This document shows, in pieces, positions 1 to 6,138 of a stretch of DNA of 33,167 nt. Location of the stretch: NCBI GenBank assembly GCA_964449105.1, contig CAYUYD010000003.1, positions 1 to 33,167 of the forward strand, in the 5' to 3' direction. A model generated the notes under the pieces. That model did not search any database. It saw nothing but the letters and a program-made list of their open reading frames with translations, and was not told the origin of the DNA. Numbering within the stretch: position 1 is the first letter of the stretch; each line of letters starts with the position of its first letter. Made by a program: the position numbers and the translations under genes. This stretch comes from an uncultured Planctomycetaceae bacterium. GTDB taxonomy: Bacteria > Planctomycetota > Phycisphaerae > SM23-33.

Positions 1-318
1 CTCTGACCGCTCGCGTCCCCTCAATGAGCTGTTAAAAAACTCCGCGCGGAGTCCGTTACTCTTGGCAGCATCTACCTGATCCTTCATCAGAGAAATGAGC
101 GGACTAATGACGATGCAGGTTCCCGCAAGCAAATGTGCCGGGAGTTGATAGCACAGCGATTTTCCGCCGCCCGTGGGCATCACAGCAAAGGCGTCGCGTC
201 GGCCCATGATTGCACGGATGATGTCTTCCTGGTTGGGCCTGAAGCCATGGAAACCAAAAACCTCGTTAAGCGGAACAGTGAGATCCGTGACCTTGCCTGA
301 TTTTCGCGAGAAAGCCAT
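1..318 (-). CDS. recQ: ATP-dependent DNA helicase RecQ, N-terminal fragment (runs off the window start)
   Basis: Reverse-complement translation from ATG at 318-316 gives [83 protein letters not shown]. This matches the RecQ motif 0/I region (FGFxxFRxxQ, [13 protein letters not shown], SPLISLMxDQV). It is absent from the ORF track because it is truncated. Confidence 0.8.
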   Translation of the reverse strand, partial: MAFSRKSGKVTDLTVPLNEVFGFHGFRPNQEDIIRAIMGRRDAFAVMPTGGGKSLCYQLPAHLLAGTCIVISPLISLMKDQVDAAKSNGLRAEFFNSSLRGRERSE

Positions 319-585
319 GTGTATGTCAACCCTGTGTGTACGTCTGCCTAGTGTATCTTTTGAGGTGATTATGTCGCACCTGGCCGGACGATGCAACCGA
401 TAAACCTATTCGACTTCTTGGTGTCAGCCAGGACAAGCTCATGGCTTGGCATGTTTGTATCGCCCTTGCCGGCGCGACGTAAAATTTTTGCAAATAAATC
501 GCAATATCCACCTGCGCGCGTGCGTTTTATCTATCAGACGATCAGACGCGCCGGCAAAAGGGCGAACCGGAGCGGCCTTGGACTT

Positions 586-603
586 GCCAATCGCGCGATT
601 GGC
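586..603. promoter_or_regulatory. Perfect 18-bp palindrome GCCAATCGCGCGATTGGC about 40 bp upstream of the Spy/CpxP-like gene; possible operator
   Basis: The palindrome is read directly from the sequence. It lies in the divergent recQ / LTXXQ-gene intergenic region. No binding protein is known. Confidence 0.25.
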
Positions 604-643
604 GTCAATGAGGCGACGCCCTGACATTGAAAGGGAGCAAAAA

Positions 644-1606
644 ATGAAAACTGTGAAATTAGTTCTGGTAACGATGGTTGGTGTTATGTTGTTTGGCGCC
701 TCCGCCCTGGTGGCCGAAGACGCCGTCGGTGAGCAAAAACGCCCGCGCATACAAGACCGAAGAGAATTTCGGGATAACCTCCACGAGAGGATTCTGAAGG
801 AATTGGACCTGACGGCTGATCAGCAGGCGCAGGTCAAGCAGATTCTCGAGACCCATAAGCAGGCCGTCGAGAACTGGCAAAAAGAAAACGCGGAGGAACT
901 CAAGGCCCTTCGCGAGCAAATGGAAAAGGCCCGCGCGGAGAAAGACACCGAAGCAGTCAAGTCCCTGCGAGAAAAGTCGGCCAAGATATTCAAGGGACGG
1001 CAGGAGTTACAAGAGTCGCTGAACAAGCAGATTAAAGCGGTGCTGACGGATGAGCAAAAGGAGAAGTTTGAGAATCTTTCACGCCTGGTTCGCTCTGCCG
1101 TGATTGGGGCGCAGCAGATTCGCACAGCCTTGCGCGGGCTGGACCTGAACGACGAGCAGAAAGAAAAGATCAAGAAAATCATTGCCGAAACCGGAGAAGC
1201 CGCTGGCAAGGTCGAAACGCCCAAAGGGAAACTCGAACTTTGGCAAAAGGCGGTCCAGACAATCAAGTCCGACGTCCTGACCGAAGAGCAGGTGAAGAAA
1301 TTTGAACAGGCTATGAATCAAATGAGACAGGGTCGCGGGCTTATGGGGCCGATGGCCGACCTGAATCTGACGGATGACCAGAAAGAGCAGATGGAGAAGA
1401 TCGAGGCTAAGTATCGCGACCAGATTAAGAACGCCGGGCCGGAAGATCGCCGCGAACTGATGAAGAAGATGCGCGACGAGATGAACTCCGTTCTGACCGA
1501 TGAGCAGAAGGCGAAGGTCAAAAAGAACCGAGAAGAGCAGATGAATAGGCGGCGTCAGGGCCGAGATAATCCTAAGACGGACGATACGCCGACAGACAAA
1601 GAGTAA
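644..1606 (+). CDS. Secreted LTXXQ-motif (Spy/CpxP/ZraP-like) periplasmic repeat protein
   Basis: ATG at 644 is preceded by AAAGGGAG. The signal peptide is MKTVKLVLVTMVGVMLFGASALVAED. There are six LTxxQ-type motifs (LDLTADQQAQV, VLTDEQKEKF, LDLNDEQKEKI, VLTEEQVKKF, LNLTDDQKEQM, VLTDEQKAKV) in a K/E-rich helical sequence. The upstream part of the 446-start ORF is non-coding-like. Confidence 0.75.
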   Translation: MKTVKLVLVTMVGVMLFGASALVAEDAVGEQKRPRIQDRREFRDNLHERILKELDLTADQQAQVKQILETHKQAVENWQKENAEELKALREQMEKARAEKDTEAVKSLREKSAKIFKGRQELQESLNKQIKAVLTDEQKEKFENLSRLVRSAVIGAQQIRTALRGLDLNDEQKEKIKKIIAETGEAAGKVETPKGKLELWQKAVQTIKSDVLTEEQVKKFEQAMNQMRQGRGLMGPMADLNLTDDQKEQMEKIEAKYRDQIKNAGPEDRRELMKKMRDEMNSVLTDEQKAKVKKNREEQMNRRRQGRDNPKTDDTPTDKE

Positions 1607-1633
1607 GCCGGCAGCGGCAGGAAAGTGAACTGA

Positions 1634-1667
1634 AGGGGCGTCGTCCATATGGGCGACGCCCCTTTTC
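1634..1667 (+). terminator. Rho-independent terminator after the LTXXQ gene
   Basis: AGGGGCGTCG...CGACGCCCCT is a 10-bp GC-rich stem followed by TTTT. Confidence 0.7.
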
Positions 1668-1688
1668 ATAGACGAAGGTAAAAACTAC

Positions 1689-1774
1689 TGCCGAAGGAGG
1701 GAGTCGAACCCTCACGGGGTGTAGGCCCCACAGGATTTTGAATCCTGCGCGTCTGCCAGTTCCGCCACTTCGGC
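1689..1774 (-). tRNA. tRNA-Leu (anticodon CAA)
   Basis: The reverse complement is GCCGAAGTGGCGGAACTGGCAGACGCGCAGGATTCAAAATCCTGTGGGGCCTACACCCCGTGAGGGTTCGACTCCCTCCTTCGGCA. It has a 7-bp acceptor stem, anticodon stem CAGGA/TCCTG with loop TTCAAAA, a long variable arm and a GGTTCGACTCC T-arm. Length is 86 nt. Confidence 0.9.
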
Positions 1775-1786
1775 CTGAATGCCGGT

Positions 1787-1815
1787 AATGTAAGGTGGAT
1801 GCCGATATTCATCAA
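1787..1815 (-). promoter_or_regulatory. Putative sigma70-type promoter for tRNA-Leu (TTGATG-17-TACATT)
   Basis: The minus strand reads TTGATGaatatcggcatccacctTACATT and ends about 12 nt before the tRNA 5' end. Confidence 0.35.
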
Positions 1816-1833
1816 GAGCCGGCCTGCTCAGAC

Positions 1834-1862
1834 TTGACAAAAAGCCCGCCCACACCTAGATT
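1834..1862 (+). promoter_or_regulatory. Putative sigma70-type promoter (TTGACA-17-TAGATT) for the epimerase gene
   Basis: TTGACAaaaagcccgcccacaccTAGATT has a consensus -35 box and 17-nt spacer. It lies about 45 nt upstream of ATG 1906. Confidence 0.45.
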
Positions 1863-1905
1863 CACCGGTTCGCAAAAGGCATTTATTCTGGAAGGATACT
1901 ACGTG

Positions 1906-2901
1906 ATGAATCTTATAACCGGAGCAACTGGTCTGTTGGGCAGCCACATTGCCGCTAAACTTCGTTCCGCCGGTCAGGATGTACGCGGCCTCGTCAGGTC
2001 CGAGTCCGACACCGGTTTCCTCGATACAATCGGCGTCGAAAAGGCTGTCGGCGATATTACCGACCGCGATTCCCTCGCCAAGGCCATGGATGGCGTGGAG
2101 GTCGTCTATCACGTCGCAGCCCGCGTCGGCGATTGGGGTCCCTGGCGGGAATTCGAAGCCATTACCATCGACGGGACTCGGAACATAGTCGAGACGGCCG
2201 GGCGCGCCGGCGTAAAGCGGTTCCTGCACATCTCATCCATCAGCGCCTACGGGCACCCCGATGGGAAGGGTCTCGTCCTGGACGAGACAGCCCCACTGGG
2301 CTTTAACCTGCACAAGTGGAGTTACTACAGCCGGGCCAAAGTCGAGGCCGAAAAAATAGTCTGGTCCGCCCATGAGAAAGGCGACCTGCCAGTTACCGTC
2401 ATCCGTCCCAGCTGGCTCTACGGCGAACGGGACCGGGCGTCGATGCCCCGCCTGATCCGCGCAATCAAGGCCGGCAAGGCCAAACTCATCGGCGACGGAA
2501 CCAACCGCCTCAACCTCACCTATGCCGGAAACGAGGCAGAGGGGTGTATCCTGGCAGCCAATTCCCCCAAGGCCGCCGGGCAGGCGTACAACCTCTGCAA
2601 CGACGGCGCCATCACCCAGGCGGAGTATCTCAACAAGATCGCCGCACAGATCGGCGCAAAACCGGTAACGAAAAAGGTGCCTTACAAGGTGGCCTACGGA
2701 GCGGCCTTTATGATGGAGTTGTTCGGGCACATGTTAGGCAGGAAGAAACCGCCGCTGGTAACGCGATATTCGGTCTGGCTGATAGGCCGGCGGGTATTCT
2801 TCAGTACGGATAAGATCGAGCGCGAACTTGGATACTCCCCCACCGTCGGATATGACGAAGGTATCGCCCGCGCCGTCGATTGGGCATTAAAAAATTCCTG
2901 A
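1906..2901 (+). CDS. NAD-dependent epimerase/dehydratase (extended SDR family)
   Basis: The start MNLITGATGLLGSHIA carries the GxxGxxG Rossmann motif and follows GGAAGGA. A YSRAK (YxxxK) catalytic motif is present. Length is 331 aa. The longer 1795 start would overlap the promoter. Confidence 0.85.
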   Translation: MNLITGATGLLGSHIAAKLRSAGQDVRGLVRSESDTGFLDTIGVEKAVGDITDRDSLAKAMDGVEVVYHVAARVGDWGPWREFEAITIDGTRNIVETAGRAGVKRFLHISSISAYGHPDGKGLVLDETAPLGFNLHKWSYYSRAKVEAEKIVWSAHEKGDLPVTVIRPSWLYGERDRASMPRLIRAIKAGKAKLIGDGTNRLNLTYAGNEAEGCILAANSPKAAGQAYNLCNDGAITQAEYLNKIAAQIGAKPVTKKVPYKVAYGAAFMMELFGHMLGRKKPPLVTRYSVWLIGRRVFFSTDKIERELGYSPTVGYDEGIARAVDWALKNS

Positions 2902-2931
2902 AAGGTATGGCTGGTTTTCGATGCACAAAAA

Positions 2932-3029
2932 AATAGCAGGGATACAGGGAATGCACGGGATAAAAATTTTTTCCCTCTTTTTTTCTTTATTTAATTCTTA
3001 TCCTCTGCATTCCCTGTATCCCTGCTATT
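2932..3029. repeat. Intergenic inverted repeat, family 1 copy A (24-bp perfect arms AATAGCAGGGATACAGGGAATGCA, 50-nt AT-rich loop)
   Basis: Left arm 2932-2955 and right arm 3006-3029 are exact reverse complements. Related copies lie at 19888-19982 and 29184-29280, with a partial copy at 33096-33119. Confidence 0.85.
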
Positions 3030-3120
3030 CCTTGTTTGGAAGAAAATATTTCTGAAAAATGAGTCTGGACAATAGTTTGACAAAACCCTAATATCTGTAC
3101 TCGCTGCTCGACGGAAGTTG

Positions 3121-3148
3121 TTGGCCGACAGGTGGATTCGGGTATAAT
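3121..3148 (+). promoter_or_regulatory. Putative promoter TTGGCC-16-TATAAT in a gene-free convergent gap
   Basis: The sequence reads TTGGCCgacaggtggattcgggTATAAT. The same TTGGCC-16-TATACT layout precedes tRNA-Ala at 24971-24998. Confidence 0.35.
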
Positions 3149-3154
3149 TCCTCG

Positions 3155-3372
3155 CATTTTCCCCCCACCCACCGAATGGGGCTTGGGTTTTACGTATCTG
3201 AAATCATTTATGCGGTGAAAGGCGTATAATTATGGTCGGGACGGCTGACGCCGCCCCGACCGATTAGGCAGGCGTGTAAAGGGTCTTGGCCAACAGGACC
3301 CAAGCATACGCGTTAGGACTCAGGGTCGGGGGTCTTAATCAGCGTTATGCGTGCACGCCTGCTTTTATTTTA
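3155..3372 (+). ncRNA. Candidate structured non-coding RNA of unknown family
   Basis: It lies downstream of the putative promoter. A strong hairpin is at 3234-3261 (GGTCGGGACGGC-TGAC-GCCGCCCCGACC). A multi-helix 3' domain is closed by GCAGGCGTG (3268-3276) / CACGCCTGC (3354-3362), followed by TTTTATTTT. There is no credible ORF, and both flanking genes converge on the region. Confidence 0.3.
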
Positions 3373-3438
3373 ATCCGTCTGTATGTCCGCCTGTTACATG
3401 AGAGAATCGGGTTTGCGATTCTTTCGGCCACCGGTATC

Positions 3439-4044
3439 TCACTCTACTGCCAATTCAACCTGCTCAACCAGTCTGGCCAAATCCAGCGGCTTAGGCAGGC
3501 ATATTTTCGCGCCGCAGTCCAGTATCCGACGGTTATTTTCGTCGGACGGATAGGCTGTAATTGCAATAACATCAGCATGTTTGGTCGCTTCCTGGGATTT
3601 AATCATCCGGCAGACCTCGAATCCGTCCATGCCCGGCATTCGCAGGTCCAGGATAACAACGTCGGGCTTAAGTGTCGCCACGACAGTCCCTGCCCGGAAA
3701 CCGTCTTGCACCTCTACAATTTCGTAATCAGGATGCGAATGCCCTATCGCCCTGGCGATTATCCGCGTCGCGTCCGGCTCATCATCGACTATCAGCACAC
3801 GCACCGGCACCTGCTCCAATCCAGCAGGGACCGGCATCTTGTGTTCACGCAGGAACCGCACAAGGTCATCGACGGCCACACGCCTGTGCCCCCCCGGAGT
3901 TCGATGAGCCTTCAACACACCGCTGTCAATCCAGTTTGCAACCGAACCGGGATCAACCTCGATCATCTCGGCGATATCAAACGTTGACAGGTTCCTTTTG
4001 CCTGCCTGGTCGCCTCGAGTCGATCTCCTGTCGCGCTTGCCCAT
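3439..4044 (-). CDS. Response regulator with N-terminal excisionase/MerR-type HTH (HTH_17-like) and C-terminal receiver domain
   Basis: ATG 4044 (MGKRDRR) is preceded by AAGGTGA. The HTH is LSTFDIAEMIEVDPGSVANWIDSGVLKAHRTPGGHRRV. The receiver has all canonical residues: LIVDDEP, VVILDLRMPGMDG, IAITAY, LPKP. Confidence 0.85.
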   Translation of the reverse strand: MGKRDRRSTRGDQAGKRNLSTFDIAEMIEVDPGSVANWIDSGVLKAHRTPGGHRRVAVDDLVRFLREHKMPVPAGLEQVPVRVLIVDDEPDATRIIARAIGHSHPDYEIVEVQDGFRAGTVVATLKPDVVILDLRMPGMDGFEVCRMIKSQEATKHADVIAITAYPSDENNRRILDCGAKICLPKPLDLARLVEQVELAVE

Positions 4045-4104
4045 CTCTGTTTCACCTTTTCCCGACCAACCTGTATTATAATCGACCAAAATATGATTCG
4101 CCTA

Positions 4105-4127
4105 TAGGAATATTCGAATAATTCCTA
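4105..4127. promoter_or_regulatory. Quasi-palindromic AT-rich site TAGGAATATTCGAATAATTCCTA next to the regulator promoter (-10 TATAAT at 4075-4080, minus strand)
   Basis: Outer arms are TAGGAAT/ATTCCTA and the inner 10-bp perfect palindrome is TATTCGAATA. The site abuts a weak -35 region. The TAGGAAT-N5-GAATAT motif recurs upstream of the paralogous regulator at 33000-33017. Confidence 0.35.
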
Positions 4128-4199
4128 AATTTCGGATTTTGTGGAATTATGTCGCTCCCCCGCTTCCAGTCCCGATTTCTTTATCCTGCTGGAACGATA

Positions 4200-4332
4200 G
4201 GGTGCATATTGATTTTTGGGGAAGATGCTGGTGGCACAGGCTTTTAGCCTGTGCATGTTCCGGCTGCGTGGACCGCACAGGTTGGAAAACCTGTGCCACC
4301 AGTTACCGAACCCCCAAAATCAATATGCACCC
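4200..4332. mobile_element. MITE-like non-autonomous element (133 bp) with 22-bp terminal inverted repeats, flanked by the 8-bp direct repeat GAACGATA
   Basis: The TIRs are GGGTGCATATTGATTTTTGGGG (4200-4221) and CCCCCAAAATCAATATGCACCC (4311-4332), matching at 21/22. The flanking GAACGATA copies are at 4192-4199 and 4333-4340. Internally there is a 13-bp perfect IR CTGGTGGCACAGG/CCTGTGCCACCAG and two 8-bp hairpins. Confidence 0.5.
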
Positions 4333-4412
4333 GAACGATACGCGTTATTGCCTGATGATATGGAATGTTGATATAATCCACTCGAGACGCAGAAGTTCAT
4401 CGGGTGGTTTCA

Positions 4413-4934
4413 ATGAAAGGGCGCATCATGACAGAGCAGATACAACAAGTACAAAACGAAGAAGTGCCGACCAGTGTGGAATGTCCCGCGACCAGGGAGC
4501 CGGCGGTTCGCCTGTTCATAGTGGCGGGGATACTTATTGGTTTTGGGTTATGGTGCTTTGTCGATGTCCACAGAGGCAAGTACCCCTGGAAGGAGAACGC
4601 CAATACCAGCGAAGTTTTCAGTTATTGGTTCAACCACGGCGGCGCTTTTGTCTTTCCGTTGCTGGGACTGATACCGATGGGTTTGGCGGCGGCGTCTTTG
4701 CGACGTAAGTTGGTGGCCGACGAAAAAGGCATCGGCTACGTCGGAAAGGAACAAATTGCCTGGAGCGCGATACGTTCGCTGGATGCCTCCAAACTTGCCG
4801 ACAAGGGCGTCCTTCGACTCGACTATGAGGCCGGGGGCGGGCAAAAGACGCTGAAGTTGTGCAATTGGAAATTACAGAACTTCCGCGCGCTTGTGTTGCT
4901 CGTGGAAAAGAAGGCGCCCGCCGCGAAGCAGTAG
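4413..4934 (+). CDS. Hypothetical membrane protein (two predicted TM helices plus a soluble C-terminal domain)
   Basis: Hydrophobic segments are LFIVAGILIGFGLWCFV and GGAFVFPLLGLIPMGLAAA, and codon usage looks coding. The start is ambiguous (GTG 4404, ATG 4413 or ATG 4428). I recognise no family. Confidence 0.55.
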   Translation: MKGRIMTEQIQQVQNEEVPTSVECPATREPAVRLFIVAGILIGFGLWCFVDVHRGKYPWKENANTSEVFSYWFNHGGAFVFPLLGLIPMGLAAASLRRKLVADEKGIGYVGKEQIAWSAIRSLDASKLADKGVLRLDYEAGGGQKTLKLCNWKLQNFRALVLLVEKKAPAAKQ

Positions 4935-5010
4935 TATTTCGCCGGTATCATAAAGCCTTGTGCCGAAATCGGCCAATTTGGTCTTGAACGGAGCGGGCAA
5001 GTTGTTAAAC

Positions 5011-5048
5011 TACCGGCCTCGAATCCCGAGTGGGTAACTTTTTTTTTT
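5011..5048 (+). terminator. Possible intrinsic terminator (imperfect hairpin plus T10 run) immediately before tRNA-Lys
   Basis: The stem is TACC..CTCG-AATCC-CGAG..GGTA, followed by ten consecutive T at 5039-5048. Confidence 0.3.
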
Positions 5049-5050
5049 CA

Positions 5051-5123
<73 letters not shown>

Positions 5124-5153
5124 GTCTCAATTTCCAGTTGCCAATTTTCGATT

Positions 5154-5184
5154 GCCCTTCGGGGCGCCTTCGGCGTCCGCTTTT
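5154..5184 (+). terminator. Two small UUCG-loop hairpins followed by TTTT downstream of tRNA-Lys
   Basis: The elements are GCCC-TTCG-GGGC, then GGCGCC-TTC-GGCGTC, then CGCTTTT. Confidence 0.4.
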
Positions 5185-5684
5185 CAATTGGAATTTTGAT
5201 GTCAGGTCAGCGTTTCCGTTACGCTGCCGCCATTGCGGCGTTGGTGCTCGGAGCGGGGATTGCGTTCCTGCCTCCGCTGATTGGGCGGGCGAGTATTACG
5301 AACTCTACACGAACCAGTACACCGAACAGCGCCAGGCCGAAATCCTCGCCGGCGGGGATTAAGGGGTGCCATGCCCTCACCCGTCTTCGGGGGTGGGCAT
5401 GTAACGCATCATGCTTACCCGCTTCGCGTGAAAGCATGGGACACAGGGACAGATACCTTAATTCGGTGGTAGCGCACTGACAAATTGACAGACAGATCGA
5501 CAAAATTGACAGGTGGAATCGGGGAAAATAACGGCATTATCGCGGCTGGATTTTTTTGAAAGATTTTATCTTCCGGCCAGGCCGGGCTTTGCCGAATCCC
5601 ACATCTTTTCCGGTGCCGCGTTTGCACCACAAAAGCGAGGGCGTCGATAGGACGCTTGGTAGATATTTGACAATAGAAGAAAGA

Positions 5685-5897
5685 CCGGATTACCGGAGGA
5701 CCGGAATACCGGATTGCCGGAAGACTGGGCATTAGGCATTGGGCATTGGTGGCCGATGGTTATGGAACGCTCGGCCATTATGTCCTGCGGTTTTGTCGAA
5801 TCGGGAAATGAAACAGAAAAATTCGTAACTAACATTATGCCACCAATGCCAAATGCCGAGTGCCAAATGCCTTTCTCTAATCCACAATCCGCAATGG
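5685..5897. repeat. Composite periodic/inverted repeat element
   Basis: CCGGAnTnCCGGA units occur at 5685-5722. The inverted arms are GGGCATTAGGCATTGGGCATTGGTGG (5727-5752) and CCACCAATGCCAAATGCCGAGTGCCAAATGCC (5840-5871). The AATCCACAATCCGCA motif (5879-5897) recurs at 29290-29311. Confidence 0.6.
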
Positions 5898-6000
5898 TAC
5901 TCTGGGCCGTTTGGGTAAAATAGGCAAGGGCGAAATTTGAAAAATGAGCAAAAAATGACACCGAAAATCGCAAGTCCTTACACGTCAAGGAGTTACGCTT

Positions 6001-6130
6001 TTCGCCTTCTTTCCCAAACTTTCCTAAACTTTCCTAAACTTTCCTAAACTTTCCTAAACTTTCCTAAACTTTCCCAATCTTTCCGAATCTTTCCGTTTCG
6101 TTCCCAATCGTTCCGTTTCGTTCCGGGGTC
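6001..6130. repeat. Tandem array of about 13 units of a 10-bp repeat (core TTCCTAAACT x5 perfect, degenerating outward)
   Basis: Successive 10-mers are ttcgccttct, ttcccaaact, ttcctaaact x5, ttcccaatct, ttccgaatct, ttccgtttcg, ttcccaatcg, ttccgtttcg, ttccggggtc. TTCC is held in strict 10-bp phase. The array ends 8 bp from the stop codon of the minus-strand gene at 6139. Confidence 0.9.
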
Positions 6131-6138
6131 CGCTTGGG

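Noticed and set aside
3286-3987. 233-aa plus-strand ORF
   Set aside because: It is antisense to the HTH-receiver regulator, which has clear domain motifs. Its 5' part runs through the structured non-coding region.
4139-4708. 189-aa plus-strand ORF upstream of the membrane-protein gene
   Set aside because: It reads straight through the palindromic MITE-like element and is out of frame with the credible 4413-4934 gene. Its composition is Cys/Trp/Arg-rich.
4984-5011. TTGAAC-16-TAAACT promoter-like site for tRNA-Lys
   Set aside because: A hairpin plus T10 run (5011-5048) lies between it and the tRNA. The site could equally be chance, so I did not report it as a feature.
5566-5988. 140-aa minus-strand ORF (and the 5415-5732 and 5714-5923 ORFs)
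   Set aside because: These translate periodic repeat DNA (for example SSGNPVFRSSGNPVF from the CCGGAnTnCCGGA units). They have no RBS and no coding-like codon bias.
6001-6130. Possible CRISPR array
   Set aside because: The units are 10 bp and directly abut with no spacers, and no cas genes are present. This is a simple tandem repeat, not a CRISPR array.
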